64,000 bases of DNA. It comes from an uncultured Candidatus Bathyarchaeia archaeon (GTDB lineage: Archaea; Thermoproteota; Bathyarchaeia; Bathyarchaeales; Bathycorpusculaceae). Position 1 is the stretch's first letter. Every line of letters starts with the position of its first letter. The DNA is taken from NCBI GenBank assembly GCA_964619695.1, contig CAZUFK010000001.1, positions 20,587 to 84,586 on the forward strand. Reading direction: 5' to 3'. The position numbers were made by a program, and so were the translations under genes. Of this stretch, positions 17,928-30,180 are shown piece by piece. The notes under the pieces are model-generated. The model searched no databases. It had not been told where the DNA came from and was given only the letters and a program-made list of their open reading frames with translations.

Positions 17928-18740
17928 TTAGCTTGTGGCCTTTCCTCTTGCCCTGTCCCAACGCTTGAAAAGTTCCTCGGCGATCTGCGGCCTCAGTGTG
18001 AAAACCTCCTCAGGATGCTTCACGTAAACGTATATCATGTACACTCTCTCAAAGCCGCCTGATCTGAGAATCATGTAGCTGGGCTTCTTGGGGAGTTTGC
18101 TGGCGTGCTCTTCGAAGATTTCGTTCAGGATTTGCTCGGTTTTCGTCGCCGATACACCGTGGTCAAGGGCCACTTCGAACGTGTAGCAGTAGAGTTCCTC
18201 GGAGCCATCGCCTTCGTAGAGAAAGTTGGTTATATCCCTTTGCAGGATGCTGAGGTTGAATATTGAGATAGAGTTGTTGCCTATAGTCAGAACCTTCGTG
18301 TAGTTTATGGTTACTTCCTGAACGATGCCTTCTATCGTGCCTATGCGCACGAGATCGCCTACCTTGAAAGGTCTTGCTGCAAGCAAATACAAACCAGCAA
18401 TAAAGTTGCCGACAGTCTGCTGTGATGCAAAACCCACTGCGGCACCACCAAGCGCGGAAAATGCAAAGAACCAGTCAGTTGACACTCCACCAATCCTTGT
18501 CAGCGAGGCCAGTGCGAAAAGAAGTATTAGAATACGCGATGCCAGCACCATGCCGTTTGTCACTTGAGGCTTCAGACGAGTCTTCTTGGCAAGCTTCCGC
18601 ACGTATCTCGTTAATATCCTCTCAAGGGCAAGGGCGGCTGCTGCTATTACAGCCATCCAAAGCCACTGGGCAACAGTCAGGCCTAGGAACGGCAAGTTCC
18701 AGAAACTTGTTTGCGGTTGTTCACTCAAGAGCCAAGCCAC
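17928..18740 (-). CDS. Small-conductance mechanosensitive channel (MscS family)
   Basis: TM region plus MscS beta-domain (..IAGLYLLAARPFKVGDLVRIGTIEGIVQEVTINYTKV..). Confidence 0.8.
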   Translation of the reverse strand: MAWLLSEQPQTSFWNLPFLGLTVAQWLWMAVIAAAALALERILTRYVRKLAKKTRLKPQVTNGMVLASRILILLFALASLTRIGGVSTDWFFAFSALGGAAVGFASQQTVGNFIAGLYLLAARPFKVGDLVRIGTIEGIVQEVTINYTKVLTIGNNSISIFNLSILQRDITNFLYEGDGSEELYCYTFEVALDHGVSATKTEQILNEIFEEHASKLPKKPSYMILRSGGFERVYMIYVYVKHPEEVFTLRPQIAEELFKRWDRARGKATS

Positions 18741-18925
18741 TTCTGTTTCTCCACATTGTTTAGCATTACTTTTTAATAAGCTCTTTCAACCACGTTGAGA
18801 ATCGCCAAAGCCTACGTAAATGGCATCAAGGAATTCGGAAAGACGAGAAAACAGCTTTTCAGACCCAATGAGAATAAATAGTCAAAACCAATCACTTGAA
18901 GTCACTGAGGAGGCAAGACGGTGCG

Positions 18926-20608
<1,683 letters not shown>

Positions 20609-20622
20609 TGAGGCGAGACAAA

Positions 20623-21030
20623 ATGCCGAGTGAAAGAAAGATCAGAGTGCTCATAGCTAAACCGGGTTTGGACAGCCACGATCGAGGAGCGAAAGTCGTG
20701 GCCCGTGCATTGCGGGATGCTGGGATGGAGGTCATCTACACAGGGCTAAGGCAGACGCCTGAGCAGATTGCCGAAACAGCGCTGCAGGAAGACGTGGACG
20801 TGATCGGCTTGAGCATCCTTTCAGGAGCCCACAAAACGCTGTTCCCACGGATCATGCGGCTGCTGAAGGAGAAGGACCTAAGCGACGTAATGGTGTTCGC
20901 CGGAGGCATCATCCCAGAAGAAGACGTTCCAGACATGAAGAAACTGGGAATCAAAGAAATCTTCGGCCCAGGCACAACCACGGAGACAATCATCCATTAT
21001 GTTTTTGACCACATCGCAAGTAGAGCGTAA
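20623..21030 (+). CDS. mcmA2: Methylmalonyl-CoA mutase, B12-binding subunit
   Basis: ..[34 protein letters not shown].. carries the DxHxxG cobalamin-binding motif. Confidence 0.9.
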   Translation: MPSERKIRVLIAKPGLDSHDRGAKVVARALRDAGMEVIYTGLRQTPEQIAETALQEDVDVIGLSILSGAHKTLFPRIMRLLKEKDLSDVMVFAGGIIPEEDVPDMKKLGIKEIFGPGTTTETIIHYVFDHIASRA

Positions 21031-21044
21031 GATGTGTTGGACTG

Positions 21045-21998
21045 TTGCCAAGTGTTGAAGAACTCGCAAAAGGCGTGCTCTCTGGTGACCGCAGAAGCAT
21101 AGCCAGAGCCATAACCCTTGCAGAAAACGACCCAACTAAGTCGCAGAAGCTAATTGCCGCCATTTACTCGAGCACGGGAAGGGCGCACATCGTGGGTCTG
21201 ACAGGACCCGGAGGAGCAGGCAAAAGCACCCTAGCAGACAAGATCGTACGCGAGTACAGGAAGAGAGGCAAGACCGTGGGCGTAGTGGCTGTGGACCCTT
21301 CCAGCCCGTTCACAGGCGGCGCCTTTCTTGGTGACCGAATCCGCATGCAGGAACTCACCACGGACGATGGCGTGTTTATCCGCAGCATGGCTTCGCGCAA
21401 CTACGCTGGCGGGATCGCCAAGGCCACAAAAGACGCTGTCAGGATTTTAGACGCCGCGGGCAAAGACGTCGTAGTCGTTGAGACGGTCGGTGCAGGCCAG
21501 TCTGAGGTGGAAATCATCAACGTGGCCCAGACCGTCGTGGTGGTTCACGCGCCTGGCTTGGGCGACGAGATTCAGGCCATCAAGGCGGGAATCATGGAGA
21601 TAGGCGACGTATTCGTCGTCAACAAGGCCGACCGCGAAGACGCGGACAGAACAGTGACCGACTTGCAGGCGATGCTGCAGCTTGGCGGCAGCGAGAAAGG
21701 CTGGAAGCCAACGATACTGAAGACTGTGGCGTTAACTGGAGAGGGCGTTCCCGAGCTCGTGGACAAGCTTGAGGAGCACAGGCGCTTTCTGAAGGATTCT
21801 GAGAATTCAATGAAACTGCTTAAGGCCAAAGCTGAGGCTGAGCTCATCGAAGCCGTCAAGGAGAAAGTGCTCAGCTCGATCATTGAAAACCTCAAGAAAA
21901 AAGGCATGCTTGAAGAGTATCTGCAGAGAATCATGAAGAGAGAAAAAGACCCGCTTTCTGCAGCAGAAGAGCTTCTAAAGGAAAAAGGTCTTGAATAA
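21045..21998 (+). CDS. meaB: MeaB/ArgK-type methylmalonyl-CoA mutase-associated GTPase
   Basis: P-loop GLTGPGGAGKST, ..VETVGAGQSE.., ..VVNKADRED..; likely TTG start. Confidence 0.85.
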   Translation: MPSVEELAKGVLSGDRRSIARAITLAENDPTKSQKLIAAIYSSTGRAHIVGLTGPGGAGKSTLADKIVREYRKRGKTVGVVAVDPSSPFTGGAFLGDRIRMQELTTDDGVFIRSMASRNYAGGIAKATKDAVRILDAAGKDVVVVETVGAGQSEVEIINVAQTVVVVHAPGLGDEIQAIKAGIMEIGDVFVVNKADREDADRTVTDLQAMLQLGGSEKGWKPTILKTVALTGEGVPELVDKLEEHRRFLKDSENSMKLLKAKAEAELIEAVKEKVLSSIIENLKKKGMLEEYLQRIMKREKDPLSAAEELLKEKGLE

Positions 21999-22528
21999 TG
22001 GCCAAGCTTGAGAAAGGGCTAGTACAGATCTACACGGGAGACGGCAAGGGCAAAACCTCCGCTGCCTTCGGTCTCGCGCTGAGAGCAGCAGGACGCGGGC
22101 TGAAAGTCTACATTATCCAGTTCATAAAGGGTGGATTTGACTACGGTGAACTGTACGTCGTGGACAAGGTTCAAGGCATAACGTTGAAGGCTTTCGGCAG
22201 AGGCAAGTTCGTGTTGGCTAAGCCACCTGAGAAAGAAGACGTTAAGCTGGCGCAGGAGGCCCTGCAGCTGGCTGAGAAGGTTCTGGAAAGCGCTGAATAC
22301 GACGTGGTCATCCTTGACGAGATCAATGTGGCACTTAGCCTCCAACTCATAGAACTTGACAGAGTCATGCAACTCATCAAATCTAAACCCGAGCACGTAG
22401 AGCTTGTGCTGACTGGAAGAGGTGCGTCAAAAGAAATCATCCAGCTTGCAGATTTGGTGACTGAGATGAAAGAGATCAAACATCCGTACGGCAGAGGCGT
22501 GCCTGCAAGAAAGGGAATTGAATACTGA
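21998..22528 (+). CDS. cobO: Cob(I)yrinic acid a,c-diamide / cob(I)alamin adenosyltransferase (CobA/CobO/BtuR family)
   Basis: ..GLVQIYTGDGKGKTSAAFGLALRAAGRG..VILDEIN.. is the CobA-type P-loop. Confidence 0.8.
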   Translation: MAKLEKGLVQIYTGDGKGKTSAAFGLALRAAGRGLKVYIIQFIKGGFDYGELYVVDKVQGITLKAFGRGKFVLAKPPEKEDVKLAQEALQLAEKVLESAEYDVVILDEINVALSLQLIELDRVMQLIKSKPEHVELVLTGRGASKEIIQLADLVTEMKEIKHPYGRGVPARKGIEY

Positions 22529-22695
22529 GAACCTGGCCAATTTTAGCGAATATGGTGGCGTTTTGTTTTCGCTATATAGGACGTCCTTCGACGACTTGTT
22601 GTCTTGCCTGACACTGTTGACTTATTTGTGATAGGCTTAAATGTGGCAGTTCAAGCTCGACAAAGGTCACGTTGAGTTTCCTTTGAATCTCATCT

Positions 22696-22980
22696 TTGAA
22701 GTCCTTTTCAATTCCCATCAGTGGGGTTTGTCTTCTGCATCGGAGGCACATCGTGGCGAAGGATAAGCCGTGGACGAAGAAAGAGAAGCAGACGTTCATT
22801 CAGCTTGTTAGTAAAGGCAAGGCTGTTGATGTGATTTCGCAGGCTTTGGACAAGAGCGAGGACGATGTCTTCATCAAGTTGCGGCGGCTTGGGTTAGAAG
22901 TAGTAGTAGGTGAAAAAATCAACCCACTACTACTTCTCGTCCTGACTTGCCTAAATTGCCGAGCGTCGAAAACGTCATGA
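22696..22980 (+). CDS. Small hypothetical protein, possibly HTH-like
   Basis: ORF in a 680-nt gap. ..KEKQTFIQLVSKGKAVDVISQALDKSEDDVFIKLRRLGL.. is helical/HTH-like. The C-terminal part overlaps a 13-bp perfect hairpin, so the true extent is doubtful. Confidence 0.25.
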   Translation: MKSFSIPISGVCLLHRRHIVAKDKPWTKKEKQTFIQLVSKGKAVDVISQALDKSEDDVFIKLRRLGLEVVVGEKINPLLLLVLTCLNCRASKTS

Positions 22981-23207
22981 AGCGGTCAAGCGCCGCCCAA
23001 TGACCCCCGAAAGCCGCTTTCAGTTTCCATCATCAGAATTTGCCTGCTGCACTCTGACTTTTCTCACTCTTCTAGCTTTTCCCACCAAAACTAGAACCGT
23101 CAAAGCTCTTAGAAAAGTCAGAATCTCTGAAAAAGCTCATAACAAATCAGTTAACAGTATTGTCTTGCCTCAAAATTTATTAGATAACGTATCGTCGTGG
23201 TTTATCC

Positions 23208-24323
23208 ATGGAATCGGCTAACGTAGTGATCATAGGAGCTGGCGTGGCAGGTCTAGCCGTTGCGGCAAAGCTTTCAGAAAAGAACGAAGGCGTGTATGTT
23301 TTTGAGAAGAATAGTAGATTTGGTCAGGAGACCAGTAGCCATAACAGCGGCGTGATCCACTCGGGCATTCACTACCCGAAGGACTCGCTCAAGGCTAAAC
23401 TGTGCGTGAAAGGAAACGCGATGACTTACGAGATATGTGAGAAGTATAGGATTCCTCACAAGCGGTTGGGAAAGCTGACGGTGGCGATTGGAGACGCGGA
23501 GATTGCTGAGCTTGAGAAGCTGATGAAGGCAGGCCAAACTAACGGCGTAGAAGGCTTGAGGTTCCTTGATGGCGACGAGGTCAAGAAGCTGGAGCCCGAA
23601 GTCGAGGTTGAAAAGGCTCTCTATTCGCCTTCAACCGGGATCGTGGAGCCTGACGAGTTGATGCACCATTTCCACGCGCAGGCACATGGACATAACGCGG
23701 TTTTTGCGACTGAAACCGAGGTCACGAGCCTGAGAAAGCTTGCAGGCGGCTACGAGATGGGCGGGGTCAGTGTGGGCGAAAGGTTCACGGTTACGGCGAA
23801 GACTGTGGTGAACTGCGCCGGCCTTTACTCGGATAGAATAGCTGCCATGGTCGGACTCGATGTGGACAGGCTTGGCTACAGGCTGCACTATTGTAAGGGC
23901 GACTATTTCAGGGTGGTTGGAAAGCCTCCTGTCAGGATGCTTGTGTATCCAGTCCCGGAGGGTCCGGGTCTTGGAACTCACTTGACGCCAGATCTTGCTG
24001 GAACCGTGAGGCTGGGACCTAACGCTTACTACGTCGACAGCATCAGCTACGAAGTTGAGTCAAGCGAGAAGCAGTTCCGTGAGGACGTGCAGAAGTACTT
24101 GCCTGGCATTCGCGGACGGGAGATAGTTGTTGATTCGGCGGGGATGAGGCCGAAGCTTCAAGGGCCTGACGATGGCTTCAGGGACTTCGTCATCAGGCAC
24201 GAGGCGGACAGGGGCCTGTTTGGGTTCATAAACTTGGTTGGCATCGAATCGCCGGGTTTGACTGCGGCTCCTGCAATCGGCGAATTCATAAGCGAAATAT
24301 ACGAAAGAGAAATCAGGAAATAG
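23208..24323 (+). CDS. FAD-dependent oxidoreductase (L-2-hydroxyglutarate oxidase/dehydrogenase-like)
   Basis: Rossmann GAGVAG at N-terminus; ..SSHNSGVIHSGIHYP.. as in LhgO-type enzymes. Confidence 0.75.
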   Translation: MESANVVIIGAGVAGLAVAAKLSEKNEGVYVFEKNSRFGQETSSHNSGVIHSGIHYPKDSLKAKLCVKGNAMTYEICEKYRIPHKRLGKLTVAIGDAEIAELEKLMKAGQTNGVEGLRFLDGDEVKKLEPEVEVEKALYSPSTGIVEPDELMHHFHAQAHGHNAVFATETEVTSLRKLAGGYEMGGVSVGERFTVTAKTVVNCAGLYSDRIAAMVGLDVDRLGYRLHYCKGDYFRVVGKPPVRMLVYPVPEGPGLGTHLTPDLAGTVRLGPNAYYVDSISYEVESSEKQFREDVQKYLPGIRGREIVVDSAGMRPKLQGPDDGFRDFVIRHEADRGLFGFINLVGIESPGLTAAPAIGEFISEIYEREIRK

Positions 24324-24352
24324 CCACAGAATAGCAGGACAGTGAGTGAAAA

Positions 24353-25453
24353 ATGTCAGACAGCAATGAACGCGTTGCAGCAGGCACATTGAAGTCTTTC
24401 TGCTCTGAAGTGCTGGAAAGGCTGGATGTGCCCAGTGAGGATGCGCAGATAACCGCAAAAGTGCTTGTGGAGGCTGACCTGCGCGGCATCGACTCTCACG
24501 GCGTGGCACGACTGAGCCGCTACGTTTCCGGCATCCAGCAAGGAATGATGAAGCCGAGGCCGACTCCGAAAGTTGTGCATGAAACGCCTGTCACGGCGAC
24601 GATTGACGGGGACGCTGGGCTCGGGCAGCCTGTTTCGTACAGGGCTATGAGGCTGGCTATTGCGAAGGCGCGCGAGAACTCGTTGGGGTTCGTGGCGGTT
24701 AGAAACTCGAACCATTACGGTATTGCAGGCTACTATGCGATGATGGCTTTGGCTGAAGACATGATAGGCATATGCACCACGAACACCGAGGTGCTGGTTG
24801 TGCCTACGTTTGCGCGGAACGCGTTGCTGGGCACGAACCCCATAGCCATCGCGGTGCCTGCAGGCCTTGAACGACCTTACGTGCTGGACATGTCCACGGC
24901 GACGGTTACGCGGGGCAAGCTTGAGGTTTACGCGCGTTTGGAGAAGGCGATGCCGCTGAACTGGGCAACGGACGAGAAGGGTGTGGCTACGAACAATCCT
25001 GCGCAAGTGCTTCAGAACATCGTAAAGCGGAGCGGTGGAGGCTTGCTTCCTCTTGGCGGCTCGTTGGAAGAGTCAGGCGGGCATAAGGGCTACGGTTTGG
25101 CGTTGGCGGTGGAGATTTTCAGCGCTGTGCTTCCAGGCGCTTTGTACGCGAATCAGGTCTACCCGAAGGATGCGAGCGGGAAGCCCCTGCCTTCTGGGAT
25201 AGGCCATTTCTTCGGTGCTATGCGGATTGATGCCTTCCGCCCGAGAGAGGAGTTTAAGCGGGATATGGATGATTTGATTCGTCGTTTGAAGGATGCTCCG
25301 AAGGCTGAGGGAGCTGAACGCATCTACATTCATGGGGAGAAGGAGTTCGAAGAGGCTGAACGATTGGCGAAAGAGGGCATTCCTCTTAACCCAAAGGTGG
25401 CGGAAGAACTGCGTACTATCGCGAAGCAGCTTGGAATCAGCAAACCTTTCTAG
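24353..25453 (+). CDS. Ldh2-family oxidoreductase (malate / L-lactate / L-sulfolactate dehydrogenase family 2)
   Basis: ..EADLRGIDSHGVARL.., ..VRNSNHYGIAGYY.. Confidence 0.8.
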   Translation: MSDSNERVAAGTLKSFCSEVLERLDVPSEDAQITAKVLVEADLRGIDSHGVARLSRYVSGIQQGMMKPRPTPKVVHETPVTATIDGDAGLGQPVSYRAMRLAIAKARENSLGFVAVRNSNHYGIAGYYAMMALAEDMIGICTTNTEVLVVPTFARNALLGTNPIAIAVPAGLERPYVLDMSTATVTRGKLEVYARLEKAMPLNWATDEKGVATNNPAQVLQNIVKRSGGGLLPLGGSLEESGGHKGYGLALAVEIFSAVLPGALYANQVYPKDASGKPLPSGIGHFFGAMRIDAFRPREEFKRDMDDLIRRLKDAPKAEGAERIYIHGEKEFEEAERLAKEGIPLNPKVAEELRTIAKQLGISKPF

Positions 25454-26177
25454 AGCGCGTATTGACGCCGACGAATATGCCTCTGTCTCTGAGCAGGCCG
25501 TTCCTCAGGAATCGTGCGTTGAGTCCTGCTTCTTTCATGAACTGCAACGTTTGGTCGGTTTCGAAGAGGCCCATTTCGTGTCTGTCCACGAAATGCTTGA
25601 CAGCTTTTCCTCTTTCGGCGATGAGGTAGTGCATGTCAATGACGGATATGTCTCCTTTCACCTGCGAGACAGCAAGTCTGGCGACCTTCAGATCCTTTCC
25701 GTCGTACGTGGTCACGTGTGGCGAGCCTGCATGATAAGTGGCCTTGGTGAACCACGGCTCGATGAGCACTATTCCGCCAGTTTTGAGGTGTTTTGCGAAG
25801 TTACGGATGGTCTTTCTGAGTTTCGGGAGGGTTTTCACGTAGCCGATTGAGCTGAAGAGGCAGGTGATCACGTCGAACGTTTTGCCTAGGTTGAGTGTGG
25901 TCATGTCCGCGTTTACGAAGGCCACGTCTTTCACATTCTGTTTGGCTATGTCCAGTATGCCTTGGTTTGCATCTAAGCCCGTGCATTGGAATTGGCCTTT
26001 CAAATGCTTGATGTGATGCCCTGTTCCGCAGGCAACATCGAGAAGCGAATTGCCCTTTGACTGTTTGTATTTGGCGATGAATTTTTCGAGTTTGGCCGCC
26101 TCTCGCACGTAGTCTTTCTGCGCGTAAAGCAGATCGTAGTACTGTGCAAACTCGCGGTAAAGCATTTGCTGCTTCAT
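25437..26177 (-). CDS. Class I SAM-dependent methyltransferase
   Basis: Motif I LLDVACGTGHH; start chosen at MKQQM (26177). Confidence 0.75.
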   Translation of the reverse strand: MKQQMLYREFAQYYDLLYAQKDYVREAAKLEKFIAKYKQSKGNSLLDVACGTGHHIKHLKGQFQCTGLDANQGILDIAKQNVKDVAFVNADMTTLNLGKTFDVITCLFSSIGYVKTLPKLRKTIRNFAKHLKTGGIVLIEPWFTKATYHAGSPHVTTYDGKDLKVARLAVSQVKGDISVIDMHYLIAERGKAVKHFVDRHEMGLFETDQTLQFMKEAGLNARFLRNGLLRDRGIFVGVNTRSRKVC

Positions 26178-26356
26178 AGGATTTGAGTAGGCTTGTCTGG
26201 GACTTAAAGACTTGCTGCCTTTCGCACAGTGAACAGTAGTGGCGTGATAACCAAAAACCTTGCTGTGAAAATACAGATATTTTTGCCTTAACACAGGTTA
26301 ATTAGTTAGCGCGTACGCTAGTTTTGATAAGGACAGGAAATTCAGGGAGATAGAAA

Positions 26357-26776
26357 ATGACGTTAAGCGCCTTTTGCGACAAGTCTAGACTGCCACAGGA
26401 TGATGAGCTGGCGGCAACGCTTGGGAGTACGTTCGTTTTTTGGAACGAGTTGAAGAGACTCGTAGCATCGAGGTTTGCTCCTTTGTCAATAGAATGGGGG
26501 TTTGCCAGCAAGAAAACGGGGTGGGGACTACGGCTCAAGCATGAGAAGCGAACCATTTTCTACATGACTCCATGCGAAGGTTACTTCATGGCCTCCTTTG
26601 CCTTGGGCGAGAAGGCCGTGAATGCTGCACATGAGAGCGATTTGCCTGCTTCCGTTCTCGGGGTCATCGACAGCGCAAAGAAGTATGCTGAGGGCAGAGG
26701 CGTGAGACTAGAAGTCAGAAGTGCCGAGGATGTTCGTAACGTGGAAAAGCTTGCCGCCATCAAGATGGCGAACTAG
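26357..26776 (+). CDS. Hypothetical protein (139 aa)
   Basis: Clean ORF; no motif recognised. Confidence 0.4.
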   Translation: MTLSAFCDKSRLPQDDELAATLGSTFVFWNELKRLVASRFAPLSIEWGFASKKTGWGLRLKHEKRTIFYMTPCEGYFMASFALGEKAVNAAHESDLPASVLGVIDSAKKYAEGRGVRLEVRSAEDVRNVEKLAAIKMAN

Positions 26777-26888
26777 CCCTCACTTCAACAGACAGCTATT
26801 TGGTCAGCAACGCGCGCTCCAGCGTGAGATTTCTGACAGAGGAGGTTCACCCAATATGCGAATCTGTAGGTCATGTGCCAATTACGAG

Positions 26889-27782
26889 TCAGACGAGCCT
26901 TCCGCTGGCGACCATTACTACTTTTCCGCCTACGTTTACCTGTATTTTGCCTTCTCCTTTTCTTGCTTTGAGATGAAGTAGCGAAGGCCGCCCTATTTCG
27001 TATCCTTGCTCGACTCTAGCATCAACTAGGTCACCTCCGAAGTAGTGGTATTTGGATAGGTAGCCTGCCAGACAGCCATTGGCCGAGCCAGTCGCTGGAT
27101 CCTCGGGAATCCCAAACATGTCCACGAAAACTCGCACGTTTAGGTTGTTTTCCTCTTTGTAGGTTTGAGGACAGAAAACGAGGATTTCTGCTTGTGTTTC
27201 CTTCGCGAATTCTAAGTGTTTGTCTTTGTCTAGTCTTATCCTTCTTGTCGCGTCGAGGGTTCTTAGGGGAACTACTACAAAAGGAACACCCGTGGATACT
27301 TCTTGGATAGGATATCTGCTGTCGATTTCTTTGACATCAAGGTTTAGCATCTGCGCTGTCTTTGCTGCATCGAATGTTCTGCCGAAAGTTGGCGGTATCT
27401 GTTTCATCCATAAGATTTCGCTTTCTCCGTCTTTTTCGAAAGTGACTGGTATCTGCCCCACTTTCAGATTAAGCACCACATTGTTGACGGCTTCGTCGAC
27501 TATGCTGTGTCTTATTACGTAGGCAGTGCCTAAGGTTGGGTGTCCCGCAAAAGGCATTTCCCTTGCAGGTGTAAAAATACGAACATCATATGCCCCATTT
27601 CGTTCTTCGTCTGAAAGGATAAAGGTTGTTTCGGAAAAATGCATCTCATTGGCGATCCTCTGCATTTGGGTGTCAGATAACACACCTGCATTCCTGATCA
27701 CGGCGAGTTGATTCCCGGCATATTTTTCCTCAGCAAACACATCAACCAAATAAAAAAGCAAGTCTCTCATCTTGATCCTCAA
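26889..27782 (-). CDS. PhzF-family isomerase (phenazine biosynthesis-like protein)
   Basis: ..QLAVIRNAGVLSDTQMQRIANEMHFSETTFI.. is the typical PhzF N-terminus. Confidence 0.75.
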   Translation of the reverse strand: MRIKMRDLLFYLVDVFAEEKYAGNQLAVIRNAGVLSDTQMQRIANEMHFSETTFILSDEERNGAYDVRIFTPAREMPFAGHPTLGTAYVIRHSIVDEAVNNVVLNLKVGQIPVTFEKDGESEILWMKQIPPTFGRTFDAAKTAQMLNLDVKEIDSRYPIQEVSTGVPFVVVPLRTLDATRRIRLDKDKHLEFAKETQAEILVFCPQTYKEENNLNVRVFVDMFGIPEDPATGSANGCLAGYLSKYHYFGGDLVDARVEQGYEIGRPSLLHLKARKGEGKIQVNVGGKVVMVASGRLV

Positions 27783-28443
27783 CCTTCTAAAGATCGTGGC
27801 TCTTCATATATTTTGGGTGAACGTTGAAGACAGTTGGAACATGGAAGCGTGTCAATCTTAAGGAAAGAACGAAAGAATAGCCTCGCCTCTTGTGAAATCA
27901 TGCCTGTCGTAATAGTTGAAACGTGGGAAGGAAAAAAGCGAAGAGCAGAAAGCCAAAGTAGACCTGTAGCCGCGAATTGATACTAGATAGTGTTGTGACG
28001 CCGCCAGAAGTGTCGTACGACGCAATGCACGCCTTGTACGCTGCAGCACAAGCCACGCCAATGGCTGTACTCATGACCCTTCTTGAACTGCATGGCAGGC
28101 TACGCCAGCAAAACAACATCCGAACACTTCAAAATCGGAAACTTCATCTACACGGCAATAATCAGCTTGGCCATCGGATTCGTGACCGTGTTCTCAGGCC
28201 TGAGCACACAATCAAGCCAAATGTGGAGAGCAACATGGGCCGCAAACGGATACATCACCTGGCGCATCTGGAAACTGTCAAAAATCCTCGCCAGCAAGAT
28301 CACAAAAAAGCAGATAACCACAACAGCAAAAGGACCACGGACGACAGCCTAGACTGGTACTTCCCAAAATCAGACATTCTATATTTTCTTTGAACAAGAT
28401 CTTAGCAAGAAACCTAACGAGAGTTTAACCTTAAATATAAGAA

Positions 28444-29175
28444 ATGATGCAGAGACTATGGCGACCTATTGAGGTAAGCACGAGGTCTGAGACTGTGGAA
28501 AGAAGTTATTTTTCGTATCGCTATGCCGTTCCTGGTACTCTTTTCAGTCTGCTGACCTCCTTGATCAACGCAGATATAGTAATTGGCATTTTTCTTCAAC
28601 ATCCATATGACTTGGGAATCGATGTGGGTGCGTTAGTCGCTACTCTCACTTTTCTTTCTAGTCCGTCACTTGGATTTGTTTTCGCGCAATGCTGGCATTT
28701 TCTCTTTAATGTTTTCGATATCCGCCACTGTTTCTACGGCAAAACCAGAAAGAAACTTGACGAGAAACGAGTAACCTCCGATGACTCATGGAGGAATGGA
28801 ATGTGGATGGCAAAGATTGATTATTTTGTATCCACGAAAGCGGAGGACCCTGAATTGGTAGCTTACTTGTCCAGAAGATGGGATCTCTTTCATACTTTCG
28901 GGTCCATGATTTTGTCCTTGACTATGGCTCTGATCCTGAGTCTCATGCTGAGAATATCTTACATTGGCTCTTCCAGTGTGATTGGAATTACAGGATACGA
29001 ACACTATCTTCTTTGCACAATATCAGTCATCTCGTTAATAATCTCGCTTGTTTTGATTGCCATATTGATTGATGCGATGAAAAGAGTCATGAATGAAGAC
29101 CAAAACATGCTAGTCGAAATTCTCGACCATTATGATCCAAACGCAAAAACGAAAACAAAAACACCATCATGCTAA
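28444..29175 (+). CDS. Hypothetical integral membrane protein
   Basis: Four or more hydrophobic helices. Confidence 0.45.
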   Translation: MMQRLWRPIEVSTRSETVERSYFSYRYAVPGTLFSLLTSLINADIVIGIFLQHPYDLGIDVGALVATLTFLSSPSLGFVFAQCWHFLFNVFDIRHCFYGKTRKKLDEKRVTSDDSWRNGMWMAKIDYFVSTKAEDPELVAYLSRRWDLFHTFGSMILSLTMALILSLMLRISYIGSSSVIGITGYEHYLLCTISVISLIISLVLIAILIDAMKRVMNEDQNMLVEILDHYDPNAKTKTKTPSC

Positions 29176-29549
29176 CTGCTGTCCGTAGCCGAGTCACTGT
29201 AAGCTGATGGCTCACCCCAAACATCAACAGCAAAGCTGGACAAGGCCCAACGAAGGCCTCTCTTCTCCGCAACTGTCTTGCTGATCTCACGTTCCAGCCG
29301 CCGGTTCATAGCCTTCACTCGCCGCGTCACATATTGCCGATAAGTGTGCAACTGCGTGGCCAGATCCCGCGCAAGCAGCCCAACAGGCCCAGCCTCACGC
29401 AGCAGATCCAGCAGCTCCATGTCAACCGGCAGCTCGCAGCAAACCCGCTGAAGAAAAGGCCTGTCAAACCTCAGCATAGGCTCAAGGCCCTTCAGCAAAG
29501 TGCGCACATTCAACTCCAGGGTGTCAGGCCGGCTTTCGATACGCGCCAA
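29172..29549 (-). CDS. Small winged-helix transcriptional regulator
   Basis: ..ELLDLLREAGPVGLLARDLATQLHTYRQYVTRRVKAM.. is wHTH-like. Confidence 0.45.
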   Translation of the reverse strand: MARIESRPDTLELNVRTLLKGLEPMLRFDRPFLQRVCCELPVDMELLDLLREAGPVGLLARDLATQLHTYRQYVTRRVKAMNRRLEREISKTVAEKRGLRWALSSFAVDVWGEPSAYSDSATDSS

Positions 29550-30180
29550 CTGCTGGCCCTAATACTTTATCCGCCCTATTTTGTCGCTTCTGGAACGCTT
29601 TTTCGGGGCCTCTGGAACATTCTGTGCAGTAGATTCCATTCCTATCTTAACAGCATCGTCCACGGTCAACATCACCAACTCCCAGAGCTACGCGCAAATG
29701 CCCTAGGGCCACCTAACCCGAAATGGCAAGACGGCTGAAAACGCCTAAAACACGCCTTGAAAACCCAACAAAGCCCGAAACATGGCCCTGCAGCCCTATG
29801 GAAAAACAGCCTCTGGAACAACACACAACTACCAAAAACACGCTCAACGCACGTAGTCAATCGACCTCCCAACCTCCTGCGCAGGCGACGCAGCCCCACA
29901 AGCTGACCGACAGCATCCGAAAGCTTACCCAGTGAATCGACGAGCTTGGAAACGTTCTCGGCAAGAAAGCCAACCTTCTGTTCTACGTTCGCAGGGATGA
30001 CAGGAACCCGACCGCGTCGACGCCCGCTGCTTCTGATCATGCTCTCTGTGGACCCGGCGATCAGACGGACTATTATCTGTTGAACTTCTACCGTCGATTT
30101 TGAATGTGCCATGCTTGAAGAAAAAGCTATAGCGAACGCCACAGTACTTGCAGTTGTTGATAACATTTATGAAAAAGGGT

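Noticed and set aside
24356-25006. 216-aa ORF antisense to the Ldh2-family gene
   Set aside because: Arg-rich antisense artefact; the sense frame has clear family motifs.
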